Assembly: GCA_944384215.1 (NCBI GenBank)
Contig: CALWSN010000034.1
Location: 1 to 63,848, forward strand
Direction of reading: 5' to 3'
Origin: an uncultured Clostridia bacterium
GTDB taxonomy: Bacteria > Bacillota > Clostridia > Lachnospirales > CAG-274
DNA length: 63,848 bases
Of the stretch, positions 49,585-60,553 are shown in pieces; the stretch's first letter is position 1; every line of letters begins with the position of its first letter. The notes under the pieces were generated by a model, which saw only the letters and a program-made list of their open reading frames with translations, had not been told where the DNA came from and ran no database searches. The position numbers and the translations under genes are program-made.

Positions 49585-50082
49585 ATGAAAGTAACTAGTA
49601 AAGGTATTGTAAATGGTGTTATAGAAGATAAATATGGTAAAAGAGGTCAATGTAATGAATTTGGTATGCCTATATACTCTCTACCTTTAAAAATTGAAGA
49701 TGCACCTACTAACGCTGTTAGTTATGCTATTTTTTTAGAAGATAAAGATGCTTACCCTGTAAGCGGTGGTTTTTCTTGGGTACATTGGACTGCTTGTAAT
49801 ATTACAAAAACAGAGCTTGAAGAAAATGAAAGCCAAAACGCAAATTTTATTCAAGGTGTTAATAGCTGGATAAGTATGCGAGGAGGTAGCAACCCACCAG
49901 AACTTTGTTCTTATTATGGTGGTATGGCTCCACCAGATAAAGAACATACTTATGAAATAAATGTATATGCATTAGATTGTATGCTAGATTTAAAAAATGG
50001 TTTTTATATGAATGAACTTTTTAATGCTATGGAAGGACATATTTTAGACCATTATAACTTAAAAGGTACTTATAAAAACTAA
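49585..50082 (+). CDS. YbhB/YbcL (PEBP/RKIP-like) protein
   Basis: EDKDA, WVHW, QGVNSW, YGGMAPPDKEHTY, YALD. Confidence 0.9.
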   Translation: MKVTSKGIVNGVIEDKYGKRGQCNEFGMPIYSLPLKIEDAPTNAVSYAIFLEDKDAYPVSGGFSWVHWTACNITKTELEENESQNANFIQGVNSWISMRGGSNPPELCSYYGGMAPPDKEHTYEINVYALDCMLDLKNGFYMNELFNAMEGHILDHYNLKGTYKN

Positions 50083-50131
50083 TATAAATAAAAAACAGTA
50101 GATAAAATCTACTGTTTTTTATTTATATTAG
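50079..50131. terminator. Bidirectional terminator (25-bp arms)
   Basis: ctaatataaataaaaaacagtagat-aaa-atctactgttttttatttatattag. Confidence 0.88.
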
Positions 50132-50136
50132 CCTAT

Positions 50137-50985
50137 TTAATTGTCTTTTATTTTTACCTCATTATAAACATCTCTTTTAGATATGCCTCTGTCTTTAGCA
50201 ACTTTTTTCATAGCTTCTTTAATGTCCATACCCATAGATAAATATTGTTCTAAATGTTCTTTTATAGAAATATTAGCTATTTCTTCTTGTTGCCTATTTA
50301 AAACTTCATTTTCATCAGCACCTTCTATTACTAAAACATATTCACCTTTAGGGTCATTATTTTTAAAATATTGTATAGCATCTAATAAATTAGTTTTAAA
50401 TACATTTTCATATTTTTTAGTAAGCTCTTTTACAATGGATATATTTCTATTGCCTATTTGCTCATAAATTTCTTCAAGGGTTTGTAAAAGATGATGAGGT
50501 GCTTCATATAATATGTACGTTCTTGTATCGTCTTTTAATCTTTGTATAACTTCTTTTTTTGCCTTTTTGTTAGAGGGTAAAAAGCCTTCAAAACAATAAC
50601 TTCTTGTTTTTATACCAGATAAAATTAAAGCAGTGATAGATGCAGTAGCACCAGGTAGAACAGTAACTTCTATATTGTTTTCATAACATAGTTTAATTAA
50701 ATCTTCTCCTGGGTCACATATACCAGGCATACCTGCATCACTAACTAAAGCAATATTTTTACCATCTAATAATAAATTTATAAGTTTTTTACCTTTAGCA
50801 TCTTTATTATGTTCGTGATAACTTTCTAAAGGTGTTTTTATTTCATAATGGTTTAATAACTTAATAGTATGTCTTGTATCTTCAGATGCTATTAAATCTA
50901 CCTCTTTTAACGTTTCTAAACATCTTAATGTAATATCTTTTAAGTTGCCAATAGGAGTTGCACAAACATATAATTTACCTAACAT
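50137..50985 (-). CDS. rsmI: 16S rRNA C1402 2'-O-methyltransferase
   Basis: ATPIGNL, EDTR, SDAGMPGICDPG, FEGFLP, YEAPH, KGEYV. Confidence 0.96.
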   Translation of the reverse strand: MLGKLYVCATPIGNLKDITLRCLETLKEVDLIASEDTRHTIKLLNHYEIKTPLESYHEHNKDAKGKKLINLLLDGKNIALVSDAGMPGICDPGEDLIKLCYENNIEVTVLPGATASITALILSGIKTRSYCFEGFLPSNKKAKKEVIQRLKDDTRTYILYEAPHHLLQTLEEIYEQIGNRNISIVKELTKKYENVFKTNLLDAIQYFKNNDPKGEYVLVIEGADENEVLNRQQEEIANISIKEHLEQYLSMGMDIKEAMKKVAKDRGISKRDVYNEVKIKDN

Positions 50986-50997
50986 TTTTATCTCCTT

Positions 50998-51735
50998 TTA
51001 ATTATAGTATATTTTATTTATTTCATCTGTATATTGTCTATCTTTGTTATAAACTATAAGATTAGGTAAAACTTTTAAGAAAGCATTTGCATTTTTAACA
51101 CTTTCTATCAAAATCATATTAGGCTCTTTATCTTTATAAGGTTGTACAAATCTTATAGTTTTTGGCTCAAGCTTATATTTTCTTAAAGTGCATATTATAT
51201 CACAAAGTCTATTTGGCCTATGAACCATATAAAATTTACCGCTTGGCTTTAATAAAAGCGATGTAGCTTTAATAATATCTTCAAGATTACAAAAAATTTC
51301 GTGTCTAGCAATAGCCTTAGAGTCATATTCATTAACTATACCACCTCCAACGTTCATATATGGAGGGTTACTGGTTACAACATTTATAGAGTTTTTTTCA
51401 AATTTATCAAATACATTTTTTATATCTAAATGAAATATTTCTATTTTTTCATTTAATTTATTAAGGGTCACGCTTCTTTTTGCCATATCAACACTTTCTT
51501 CTTGTATATCTATTGCAAAAAATTTTTTTGCGTTAGTTTTTGCACTCATAAGAATTGGTATTATACCTGTTCCTGTGCCTATATCAAATACTACATCATC
51601 TTTTTTAGCCTTAGCAAAATCTGATAATAAAACAGCATCTATTCCAAAGCAAAACTTTTTAGGGTCTTGTATAATAGCATATCCATTTCTGTGTAAATCA
51701 TCTATTCGTTCATTTTCTTTTAATAAAATATCCAT
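50998..51735 (-). CDS. yabB: tRNA1(Val) A37 N6-methyltransferase family (YabB)
   Basis: FGIDAVLL, DIGTGTG, NPPY, ARHE, VHRP. Confidence 0.9.
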   Translation of the reverse strand: MDILLKENERIDDLHRNGYAIIQDPKKFCFGIDAVLLSDFAKAKKDDVVFDIGTGTGIIPILMSAKTNAKKFFAIDIQEESVDMAKRSVTLNKLNEKIEIFHLDIKNVFDKFEKNSINVVTSNPPYMNVGGGIVNEYDSKAIARHEIFCNLEDIIKATSLLLKPSGKFYMVHRPNRLCDIICTLRKYKLEPKTIRFVQPYKDKEPNMILIESVKNANAFLKVLPNLIVYNKDRQYTDEINKIYYN

Positions 51736-52604
51736 TAGTCTTCAATACCTTTAAGCTCTTCCATACATATTTCTTCTTTTACTATTTTTCTTTTTATAAT
51801 TTCTATTTCAGATACATTAAAAAATTCTATGTTAGGTATATCTTGTTCATTTTTTCTAATAGCAGCTTTTATAGTTTGCCTTAAAACATTTACAGATAAA
51901 ACTTCACCTGTACCCTTTTCTGTTTTTATAATGTCACCTTCATTTGGTAAATTTTTAGTAAGTTCTTCATAAGCTTCTTGTTCATACTTTAAGCAACACA
52001 TAAGCCTACCACAAGCACCAGATATTTTGGTAGGGTTTAAAGATAATTTTTGGTCTTTAGCCATTTTTATAGAAACAGGTTGAAAATCTCTTAAAAATGT
52101 TGCACAGCATAAAGGACGTCCACATATACCTATACCATTTACAATTTTAGCTTCATCTCTAACACCTATTTGCCTTAGCTCTATTCTCATTTTAAAAATT
52201 GCTGCTAATTCTTTTACAAGCTCTCTAAAATCTACTCTACCATCAGATGTAAAATAAAATATAATTTTATTAAGGTCGTAAGTAAGTGTAATATCTATAA
52301 GCTTCATATCCAAATTATATTTTTTTACTTTTTCTATAAAGATAGAGTATGCTTCTTTTTCTTTTTCTAAATTTTTTTTATGCTGAATAGTATCTTCTTC
52401 TGTGGCCAATCTAACAATAGGCTTTATTTCAAAATTTATTTTCTCATCATCTATTGTTTTATTTTCTATTTCTACTATACCATATCTTAAACCTTGAGAT
52501 GTTTCTACTATAACTGGTTGGTTTTTATTAATAATTTCTCCTTTAGGGTCAAAATAATATATTTTTCCCCCCTTTTTTAATCTAACACCAATTATTTCTG
52601 CCAT
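51735..52604 (-). CDS. ricT: PSP1/stage 0 sporulation protein RicT (YaaT)
   Basis: RVDFRELV, RIELRQIGVRDEA, CGRPLCC, ISGACGRLMCCL. Confidence 0.94.
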   Translation of the reverse strand: MAEIIGVRLKKGGKIYYFDPKGEIINKNQPVIVETSQGLRYGIVEIENKTIDDEKINFEIKPIVRLATEEDTIQHKKNLEKEKEAYSIFIEKVKKYNLDMKLIDITLTYDLNKIIFYFTSDGRVDFRELVKELAAIFKMRIELRQIGVRDEAKIVNGIGICGRPLCCATFLRDFQPVSIKMAKDQKLSLNPTKISGACGRLMCCLKYEQEAYEELTKNLPNEGDIIKTEKGTGEVLSVNVLRQTIKAAIRKNEQDIPNIEFFNVSEIEIIKRKIVKEEICMEELKGIED

Positions 52605-52605
52605 T

Positions 52606-53586
52606 TTATTTCTCCTTTAATTTTAAAAATAAACATTCCATAGTCATATTAAAATTAGAGTTTTGCTCTAAATATAATTTAGCTTTTAATAAAGCTTCTA
52701 TTTTGTTAACTAAATTTTTAGTAGACATATTAGATATTTCTTTAATATTTGTTTTAATATCAGTTTGTATAATCATATTAAAATTATTAGTTTGTTTAAA
52801 TATTAAGCTATCTCTATAAACTAATAAGTATATATCTAATATATCGTTTATATCTTCTTTTATATCTTCATATTTTTTTATTAGGTTATACATTTGTATA
52901 AGGTCTAAACTATCTAATTTTACAATATCATTTATAATATCTTGTCTAAAATTAATAAACTTTTCTGAATATGCTATATTTAAAGCCCTTCCTATACTAC
53001 CTCGTGAATATATAGAGTAAAATTTTGCCATAGTTTGATTTATATTTTTATTTATCAAAAATTGTTTAATTATAGCTGGAGATAAAGGCTTTATTTTAAA
53101 TAAAACACACCTTGATAATATTGTAGGTAAAAAACTATTATAATTTTTAGATAATAATATAAATATTGCAAAATTAGGTGGTTCTTCTATTGTTTTTAAT
53201 ATTGCATTTTGAGCTTGCACAGTCATATTGTGTGCATCTTTTATAATAAAAACTTTATATTTATATTTAAAAGGTTTTGTTTCTAGATTTTTAATAATAT
53301 TTTCTCTAACATCAGACACACCCAAACTTTTTTTATCACTTTCTATAAAGAAAAAATCTGGGTTATTACCTGTTTCAAAGCTAATACAAGAAGAACAACT
53401 TAAACAAGGTTTAGATTTGCTATTTTCACATAATAAAAGTTTAGCAAAAGTTTTTGATATAAGCTGTTTTCCTGTTTTTTCTTTTCCGTCTAAAATATAT
53501 GCGTGAGATACAGTGTTATTTTCACTTGATTTTATAAAACTATTAACTATATTTTCATTCCCAACGATATTTTCAAATGTATACAT
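52606..53586 (-). CDS. holB: DNA polymerase III delta-prime subunit
   Basis: HAYIL, Zn Cys cluster, AQNAILKTIEEPP, LPTILSRC; tmk-holB-yaaT synteny. Confidence 0.93.
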   Translation of the reverse strand: MYTFENIVGNENIVNSFIKSSENNTVSHAYILDGKEKTGKQLISKTFAKLLLCENSKSKPCLSCSSCISFETGNNPDFFFIESDKKSLGVSDVRENIIKNLETKPFKYKYKVFIIKDAHNMTVQAQNAILKTIEEPPNFAIFILLSKNYNSFLPTILSRCVLFKIKPLSPAIIKQFLINKNINQTMAKFYSIYSRGSIGRALNIAYSEKFINFRQDIINDIVKLDSLDLIQMYNLIKKYEDIKEDINDILDIYLLVYRDSLIFKQTNNFNMIIQTDIKTNIKEISNMSTKNLVNKIEALLKAKLYLEQNSNFNMTMECLFLKLKEK

Positions 53587-53587
53587 A

Positions 53588-54028
53588 TTATATAATAAGG
53601 TCTAATAAAAGACCTCTTATTTCTCCTGTTTTATCTAATATAGCTATATGGTTTTTTTCTGATTTTATAAGCTCTTGGGCAAGCTCATCTAAATCTTTAT
53701 TTACAAGCTTTACTATACCATATACCCTATGTCTACCTCTTCTATCTAAAAAATTTTCTCTAGAAAATTGATGACTATTGGTTACTACTTCGTTCATAAA
53801 TTCTGTTATAAGGCTTCTATATTTTTTCATATCTTTTATATCCATATGTTCAGATATTTTTTTACCTTGAACAGTTATCTCATCTATAAGCCCATTTAAT
53901 TTTTGCATAAGGTTATCATTTTCTACCTTATTTAAAGTAAATTTAAATTCTTCTGTTTCTTGAACTTCTTTTTTCTGTTCAACTGAAGGTAAAGTTTCTA
54001 ACCTTATATCACTTACCTTTAAATCCAT
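53588..54028 (-). CDS. yaaR: YaaR/DUF327 family protein
   Basis: [25 protein letters not shown]; conserved position. Confidence 0.88.
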   Translation of the reverse strand: MDLKVSDIRLETLPSVEQKKEVQETEEFKFTLNKVENDNLMQKLNGLIDEITVQGKKISEHMDIKDMKKYRSLITEFMNEVVTNSHQFSRENFLDRRGRHRVYGIVKLVNKDLDELAQELIKSEKNHIAILDKTGEIRGLLLDLII

Positions 54029-54043
54029 AAAATCTATCTCCTT

Positions 54044-54364
54044 TTAAACTTTAACAAATTTATCTACATCTACAACAAAAATAGTTGCACCACCTATTGT
54101 AACTTCTATTGGAGGCTGAGAATAATTGTTACCAGTAATATCTATTCCATTTGCAAATTGCTTTTTGCTATGACCTTCTTTTTTTATAACATCTATAACA
54201 AAGTCAACTTTTTCGTCTTCAACACCGCATATTAAGGTTGTATTACCAACTTTTAAAAATCCACCTGTACTAGCAAGCTTTGTAACACTAAACCCCTCAA
54301 CATTTAAAGCATTCATTATATTAAAGCTATCATCATCTTTAACTATTGCCATAACAAGCTTCAT
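54044..54364 (-). CDS. darA: PII-like cyclic-di-AMP receptor (DarA/PstA/YaaQ)
   Basis: TKLASTGGFLKVGNTT, GGATIFV. Confidence 0.92.
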   Translation of the reverse strand: MKLVMAIVKDDDSFNIMNALNVEGFSVTKLASTGGFLKVGNTTLICGVEDEKVDFVIDVIKKEGHSKKQFANGIDITGNNYSQPPIEVTIGGATIFVVDVDKFVKV

Positions 54365-54376
54365 AACTATACCTCC

Positions 54377-54997
54377 TTAAAAGAACATTTTTTCTAAATT
54401 ATCTATTATATTTTTATGAACTTTATCTATAGATTGTAAAGCATTTATAACCTTTATTCTTTCACTATTTTGTTCTATTAATATTTTGTATCCTTCATAA
54501 ACTTTTTTATAAAAATAGTCTTTTTCACTTTCTAGTCTATCTAGCTCTTTTTGTTCTTTTTTTCTTTCTATTGCTTTATCTGGTGCTAAATCTAAAAAAA
54601 ATGTTATATCTGGTATTAACCCACCAGTTGCAATATTATTTATTTTCTTTATAATATCTATACCAATATTTCTTGCTATACCTTGGTATACAATGCTAGA
54701 ATCTACAAATCTATCACATATAACAATAGAGCCCTTTTTAAGCTCAGGAACAATAACTTGATTTACAAGCTGTGCTCTAGATGCTGCATATAATAAAGCT
54801 TCTGTCATACAGTTCATTTCTTTATTTTCTATATCTAAAATTATATTTCTTATTTTTTCACCAATATTAGTACTACCAGGCTCTCTAACTAATACAACAT
54901 TAAATCCTTTTTTTTTAAGATAATCATTTAAAAGTTTTAATTGAGTACTTTTACCTGCCCCATCAGTACCTTCCATAGTAATAAATAATCCTGACAT
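54377..54997 (-). CDS. tmk: Thymidylate kinase
   Basis: EGTDGAGKST, REPG, LLYAASRAQ, DRFVDSS, PDITF. Confidence 0.96.
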   Translation of the reverse strand: MSGLFITMEGTDGAGKSTQLKLLNDYLKKKGFNVVLVREPGSTNIGEKIRNIILDIENKEMNCMTEALLYAASRAQLVNQVIVPELKKGSIVICDRFVDSSIVYQGIARNIGIDIIKKINNIATGGLIPDITFFLDLAPDKAIERKKEQKELDRLESEKDYFYKKVYEGYKILIEQNSERIKVINALQSIDKVHKNIIDNLEKMFF

Positions 54998-55065
54998 ATA
55001 ATCTCCTAATCAAAATATTTTATTTTTATTATATCACAATAATGTATAATTTTAAAGAAAAAATA

Positions 55066-55746
55066 TTAAGATTCTTGTTTATAAATAATTATTAATAATA
55101 CTAATAAAAATAAAAACGTACATAAATAAATAGAATATATAGCTAGATATTTTACTAATATAATACCTGTGCTTACTCCTATACAAAACATACTAATAAT
55201 ACTTATATATTTAAAGAATATTTTTTTAGCATTTTTTTCTTTATATATAATCCATTTAGAAAAAAATTCCATTAAAGACCTTAAATTACCTGTACACATA
55301 ATAGGAGCAAAAACATCTCCTTTTGATTTTTTAAATGTTCCTATCATTAAAGAACATATAAAAGATATTAAACATATAACTATTATAGTATGGTTTTTAA
55401 ATATGCCAATACCTAATATAATAGTACATATTATATTTATGGATAAAACTATTTTTATCCATTTTTTATTTTCACTAAATTTATATATAAAAAACTGTGT
55501 AATAAAAATTGCTATACAAAAAGATAATATAGGTAAAATTCTTAAAAATGCACTAAAAAAATTTCCCTCTACTAAAAATATAGAAAAATATATTATATTA
55601 CCTGTTTGAGTATTTGCAAATATTTTATCGTATAAAATATATGTATACGCATCTAAAAAACCACCTATAAAAGTCAAAATTAAACTTATATAAATATTTT
55701 CTTCTATATGTCCTAATTTATTATTTGTCATAACTAATCCTTTCAA
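55066..55746 (-). CDS. YoaK/DUF1275 membrane protein (start may be ATG 55731)
   Basis: GGFLDAYTY, FANTQTGN, MCTGNLR. Confidence 0.88.
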   Translation of the reverse strand: MKGLVMTNNKLGHIEENIYISLILTFIGGFLDAYTYILYDKIFANTQTGNIIYFSIFLVEGNFFSAFLRILPILSFCIAIFITQFFIYKFSENKKWIKIVLSINIICTIILGIGIFKNHTIIVICLISFICSLMIGTFKKSKGDVFAPIMCTGNLRSLMEFFSKWIIYKEKNAKKIFFKYISIISMFCIGVSTGIILVKYLAIYSIYLCTFLFLLVLLIIIYKQES

Positions 55747-55902
55747 AAAATTTATATTAAATTAATTATTATGTTATCATAAATTTTTAAATATTGTCAA
55801 GATTTGTTACTAAATATAAAAAATAGCTTGTAATAAAATAATTATTATGATATTATACTAATATAATGATATGTAGTTTTGAAAACTAGATTGGAGGTTT
55901 GT

Positions 55903-56553
55903 ATGAATATATTTAAATCTTGGCGAGAGCCTATGAACGCTTTAACACATCTTATGGCACTAATATTTATTTGCCCTATTACAATATTTTTAATGTATCT
56001 AGGATATAAACAAGGTGGAAGTTATTATCTAATTTCATTTTTTATATTTAGTATATCTATTAGTTTATTATATTTAGCAAGTACAATATATCATATGTTG
56101 CCTGTAAGAGAAGATATTGTTAAACTATTAAAAAAAATTGACCATATGATGATATTTGTTCTAATAGCAGGAACATATACACCTGTTTGCCTAATCAAGT
56201 TAAATAATAAATTTGGATATAGTATACTATCTTTAGTATGGATAATTGCAATATTTGGTATAATTTTAAAAATTTTTTGGATAAATGCTCCAAGATGGTT
56301 TTCTACATCTATCTATATTATTATGGGTTGGTTATCTGTATTTGCTTTTTTCCCATTAATAAATGCAATAGAATTAAATGGCATTTTACTACTTTTATTA
56401 GGCGGAATAATATATACTATTGGTGCTATAATATATGCTACTAAATATCCTAAAATATCAATAAAATTTTTTGGTTTTCACGAGATATTTCATTTATTTG
56501 TTATAGGTGGTAGTATTTGTCATATAATATTTATGTTTAAATATGTTTTATAA
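55903..56553 (+). CDS. Hemolysin III / PAQR (TrhA) family membrane protein
   Basis: REPMNALTH, STIYH, DHMMIFVLIAGTYTP, HEIFHLFV; ATG 55903 behind GGAGG. Confidence 0.92.
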   Translation: MNIFKSWREPMNALTHLMALIFICPITIFLMYLGYKQGGSYYLISFFIFSISISLLYLASTIYHMLPVREDIVKLLKKIDHMMIFVLIAGTYTPVCLIKLNNKFGYSILSLVWIIAIFGIILKIFWINAPRWFSTSIYIIMGWLSVFAFFPLINAIELNGILLLLLGGIIYTIGAIIYATKYPKISIKFFGFHEIFHLFVIGGSICHIIFMFKYVL

Positions 56554-56606
56554 ATAGAAATAATAAAGGGTAGTCTGTAAATAAACTACCCTTTATTATT
56601 TCTATT
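56553..56606. terminator. Bidirectional terminator (22-bp arms)
   Basis: aatagaaataataaagggtagt-N10-actaccctttattatttctatt. Confidence 0.85.
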
Positions 56607-56621
56607 GTATTTTTACTAAAA

Positions 56622-59036
56622 TTATTTAACTTTTATTTTTACTATACTTCCTTTTTCTATAAAAATTCCCGCTTCTGGAACTTGTTCAAATACTTTTTTA
56701 TTATTATCACTTTTTTCTGTATTTGAATCAACTTTTTCTATTGTATTTAATTGCTCATCTTGATTATTATTTTCAGATGTTTGCTCAATCTCTTCATTTT
56801 TTATTTCTAATTCTTTTTCTTTTTCAGTCATTTGCTCTTCAACAATAGAAACTTCAAATCCAAGGTCTTTTATAAGTTTTGTAGCTTCATCAACAGATAA
56901 GTTTTTAGTATCTGGAACAGCTACAAGTTCTTTTTTATCATCTTTAGATTCTACATATAATAAAATTTTTCCATTTTTATCTATACTTGTATTAGCTGGT
57001 GGTATCTGTTTTACAACCATATCTCCACCACCTCCAACAATTTGAAAATCTAACCCTGCTGAGTTTAATTCTTTTATTACTGTTTTCAAATCTTTATTAG
57101 TATAGTCTTTTAATAAAACTTGTTCACTAGATACCTGTTTATTTTCTGATACCATTTTTTCATTAGATGGTGGTATAGCTTTATATTCTATAATTTTTTC
57201 AAAATATGCTTTTACCATAGGTACTGGTGAAACTTCTCCAGCAGGTGCTTTTATATAATCTTTAGGCTTACTTATTGTAGCAAGCATAAGATATTCTGGG
57301 TCTTCTGCTGGCATATAAGCCGCAAAACCAAGTGAATAAATATTGTCAGCACGATTACCTTGTTGAGCAGTGGCAGTTTTACCACCTATATTATAACCTG
57401 GTATATTAGCTTTATAACCTGTTCCGCCTTCTTCTAAGGTTTCTATCATAGCAGTTCTTAAAAACTCAGAAGTATCTTCAGATATTACTTTTCTAACAAC
57501 TTCTGGTGATTTTTCTTCTACAATATTTCCATTTTCATCTATTATCTGAGATACTACATAAGGCTTCATAATATTTCCACCATTTATAGTAGCTGCAAAA
57601 GATGTTATAATTTGTATAGGTGTTGCTGTAAAAGTTTGTCCAAATGCACTTGTAGCAAGCTCTGTAACATTTAACTTTTCTACTGGAACTATATATGTAT
57701 CTGATTTTATTTCACCATATAAATCTATATCTGTTCTATAACCAAAGCCAAAATCTCTTTGATATTTATAAAAAGTATTTCTTCCTAGTTTATCTGCTAT
57801 ATCTAACATAGCCATATTACAAGACTTTTCTAAAGCTTCTGTAAGAGTAAGTGTTCCGTGGCCATCTCTTTTATGACATCTTATTTTATAATCTGCTACT
57901 TGTCTATATCCAGAGCAATAAAATGTTTCATTTTCACTTATAAGCCCTTCTTCTAAAGCTGCTGCAACTGTTATTGCTTTAAAAGTAGAACCTGGCTCCA
58001 ATGCATCTGTTATAGTAACATTCTTCCATATAGAGTTTTTTATTTTTAGTTGCTCTTCTGGTGTCATTTTATCAAAATTAGCTTTATATGTAGGGTCTTC
58101 TAATAATGATATATTATTAGGATTATTTAAGTCAAAGTCTGGATATTGTGCCATTGATAAAATCTCACCTGTTTTTGGGTTCATAAGAATTATTGATACA
58201 TTTTCAGGTGTATAAGTTGGGCTTAATGATTTATATGTATCTTCAACTATTTCTTCTGCATATTGTTGTAAAGTTAAGTCTAATGTTGTAACCAAATCAT
58301 TTCCTTTTATAGGTTCTATATCGTTTGTAACAACAGAAGAATTACCATCATATGTTCTATAAATCCTACCTGGAGTACCTGTAAGTTGTTCATCATAAAT
58401 TCTTTCTAATCCCCAGCTAGTATCTCCCATAATAAACCCTATTGTTTGAGCAGCTGTATTATTTTGTGGATAATTTCTTTGTGTGTCTGCTTCTAAATTT
58501 ACTCCTGTAAGTTTTTTAGCCTCTAGTTCTTTACCTAAATCATAAGGTATTTTCTTTTTTATAACTTTCCAGTGAGTATCATTTTCTGGTTTTAAATTAC
58601 CATTAGCATCTTTTACTAAATATGAATTTAATTCATTTATATCCATTTCTAGTATTGTAGCTACCTCTGTTAATATTTTATTTGTTTCTTCTGGTTCTAG
58701 CTCAGATAATATTCTTATATCTAATGCAACATTAAAAACAGTTGTACTTATAGCTAAAGGCTGATTATTTCTATCTAATATACTACCTCTATTAGGGTTT
58801 ATAACTTTATCAGATACTTTATTTATTTGATTTTCAATAGCTTCTTTTTCAAACTCATCACCGCTTTGAGCTTTTATAGACATAACTCTAAATATACCAA
58901 CAAAAGATAATGCTCCTGTAATAATAAACATTAAAAAAATTACTCTACCTTTTAAATGTTTCTTTTTCTTTCTTTTTTTACTAGATGTATTTCTATTTTT
59001 ATTCATATTATTTATATTTGCTCTATTTCTACTCAA
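56622..59036 (-). CDS. Class B penicillin-binding protein with PASTA domains (FtsI/SpoVD-like)
   Basis: RGSILDRN, EPGSTFK (SxxK), SCN (SxN), KTA (KTG variant); follows ftsL. Confidence 0.92.
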   Translation of the reverse strand: MSRNRANINNMNKNRNTSSKKRKKKKHLKGRVIFLMFIITGALSFVGIFRVMSIKAQSGDEFEKEAIENQINKVSDKVINPNRGSILDRNNQPLAISTTVFNVALDIRILSELEPEETNKILTEVATILEMDINELNSYLVKDANGNLKPENDTHWKVIKKKIPYDLGKELEAKKLTGVNLEADTQRNYPQNNTAAQTIGFIMGDTSWGLERIYDEQLTGTPGRIYRTYDGNSSVVTNDIEPIKGNDLVTTLDLTLQQYAEEIVEDTYKSLSPTYTPENVSIILMNPKTGEILSMAQYPDFDLNNPNNISLLEDPTYKANFDKMTPEEQLKIKNSIWKNVTITDALEPGSTFKAITVAAALEEGLISENETFYCSGYRQVADYKIRCHKRDGHGTLTLTEALEKSCNMAMLDIADKLGRNTFYKYQRDFGFGYRTDIDLYGEIKSDTYIVPVEKLNVTELATSAFGQTFTATPIQIITSFAATINGGNIMKPYVVSQIIDENGNIVEEKSPEVVRKVISEDTSEFLRTAMIETLEEGGTGYKANIPGYNIGGKTATAQQGNRADNIYSLGFAAYMPAEDPEYLMLATISKPKDYIKAPAGEVSPVPMVKAYFEKIIEYKAIPPSNEKMVSENKQVSSEQVLLKDYTNKDLKTVIKELNSAGLDFQIVGGGGDMVVKQIPPANTSIDKNGKILLYVESKDDKKELVAVPDTKNLSVDEATKLIKDLGFEVSIVEEQMTEKEKELEIKNEEIEQTSENNNQDEQLNTIEKVDSNTEKSDNNKKVFEQVPEAGIFIEKGSIVKIKVK

Positions 59037-59072
59037 TTATAATCAGTCCTTGTCAATATTTTTATATGTGGT

Positions 59073-59582
59073 TTATTTTTTAAATAGATTAGATACTTTT
59101 GTTAGAATAGTTTCTTCTTTTTCAATGTTACCTTTTTCAGAATAACTTTCTTTAGGAACATTTATATGTACTATTTGATGATTTGCTGGCTTTTGCATAC
59201 CAAGTTCTGATGATGCTATATATTCTACATATTCTAAGTCCAAACTTTTAGCTAATTCTGTTTCTAAGTTTTTATTATTTTCTGTTATTTCTTTTAAATT
59301 TGCACTTAAAGCATCTACATCAAATCTTTTTTGTATAGTAAGTGCTTCTATAAAAATAATTGCTATTATAAATGTTGCTATCAAAGTAAATGTTGCTATA
59401 AATTTTAATGATAAAAATCTTAATCCTTGTTCTGCTTTAACATATCTTTCTTTTTTTATTTTTTTAATTCTTCTATTTATACTTCTGGGCTTATATTCTG
59501 GCTCATAATCGTGAGCTACTGATGTATAATTATAATAGTTATTTCTATTATTAAAGTTATATCTATTTCTTTGGTATTGCAT
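59073..59582 (-). CDS. ftsL: Cell division protein FtsL-like
   Basis: Single TM, coiled coil, IASSELGMQKP; between rsmH and the PBP. Confidence 0.75.
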   Translation of the reverse strand: MQYQRNRYNFNNRNNYYNYTSVAHDYEPEYKPRSINRRIKKIKKERYVKAEQGLRFLSLKFIATFTLIATFIIAIIFIEALTIQKRFDVDALSANLKEITENNKNLETELAKSLDLEYVEYIASSELGMQKPANHQIVHINVPKESYSEKGNIEKEETILTKVSNLFKK

Positions 59583-59606
59583 ACATTTACTCTCCTTTTA
59601 TATTTG

Positions 59607-60545
59607 TTATTTTCTTTCAAAAACTCTAAGTTTTGCACTTCTTGAACGGTGATTAATTTCTAATTCTTCTTTTGATGGTACAATAGGCTTTCTTGTAATA
59701 ACCTTACCTAAAGATTTTTTACCACAAGCACATATAGGTAAATCTCTAGGGCATATACAAGGGTTTTCTAGTTCTTTAAATACATTTTTTACTATTCTAT
59801 CTTCTAGCGAATGAAATGTAATTATAGCTATTCTTCCATTTTTATTTAAAATATTTATCATATTTGTTATCGTATCTTTTAATATTTCAAGCTCACCATT
59901 AACTTCTATTCTTATAGCTTGAAATGTTCTTTTTGCTGGGTGTGGTCCATCTATTCTTGCACCTTTTGGTATAGCCTTTTTTATAATAGATACTAGTTCA
60001 AATGTTGTTTCTATTGGTTTAATTTTTCTTTCACTTTCTATAAATTCTGCTATTCTTTTTGACCATCTTTCTTCACCATATTGAGAAATTATTCGATTAA
60101 GTTCTTCTTTTGAGTATGTATTTACCACTGTATATGCTGAAAATTCTTTTCTAGTGTCCATACGCATATCTAAAGGAGCATCTTGCATATAAGAAAAACC
60201 TCTATATCCTTCATCTAATTGATGTGAAGAAACACCTAAATCTAATAAAATACCATCTACCCCAACATTAGATAAATTAAGAGAATTATATATTTCATTT
60301 ATGTTAGAAAAATTACTATGTACAAATGTTACGTTATTAAAACAAGCTAACCTTTCTTTACCTGTTTTTATAGCATTTTCATCTTGGTCTATACATATTA
60401 ATTGACCTGTATTTTCTAATGCTTTTGCTATTTGGATGGAATGCCCTGCTCCACCCATAGTTCCATCAATATAAATACCATTTTTTTTAATATTTAAACT
60501 TTCAATACATTCGTTTAAAAGTACAGATATATGTTCAAAATTCAT
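59607..60545 (-). CDS. rsmH: 16S rRNA C1402 N4-methyltransferase
   Basis: [51 protein letters not shown]. Confidence 0.97.
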   Translation of the reverse strand: MNFEHISVLLNECIESLNIKKNGIYIDGTMGGAGHSIQIAKALENTGQLICIDQDENAIKTGKERLACFNNVTFVHSNFSNINEIYNSLNLSNVGVDGILLDLGVSSHQLDEGYRGFSYMQDAPLDMRMDTRKEFSAYTVVNTYSKEELNRIISQYGEERWSKRIAEFIESERKIKPIETTFELVSIIKKAIPKGARIDGPHPAKRTFQAIRIEVNGELEILKDTITNMINILNKNGRIAIITFHSLEDRIVKNVFKELENPCICPRDLPICACGKKSLGKVITRKPIVPSKEELEINHRSRSAKLRVFERK

Positions 60546-60553
60546 AAAATCAC

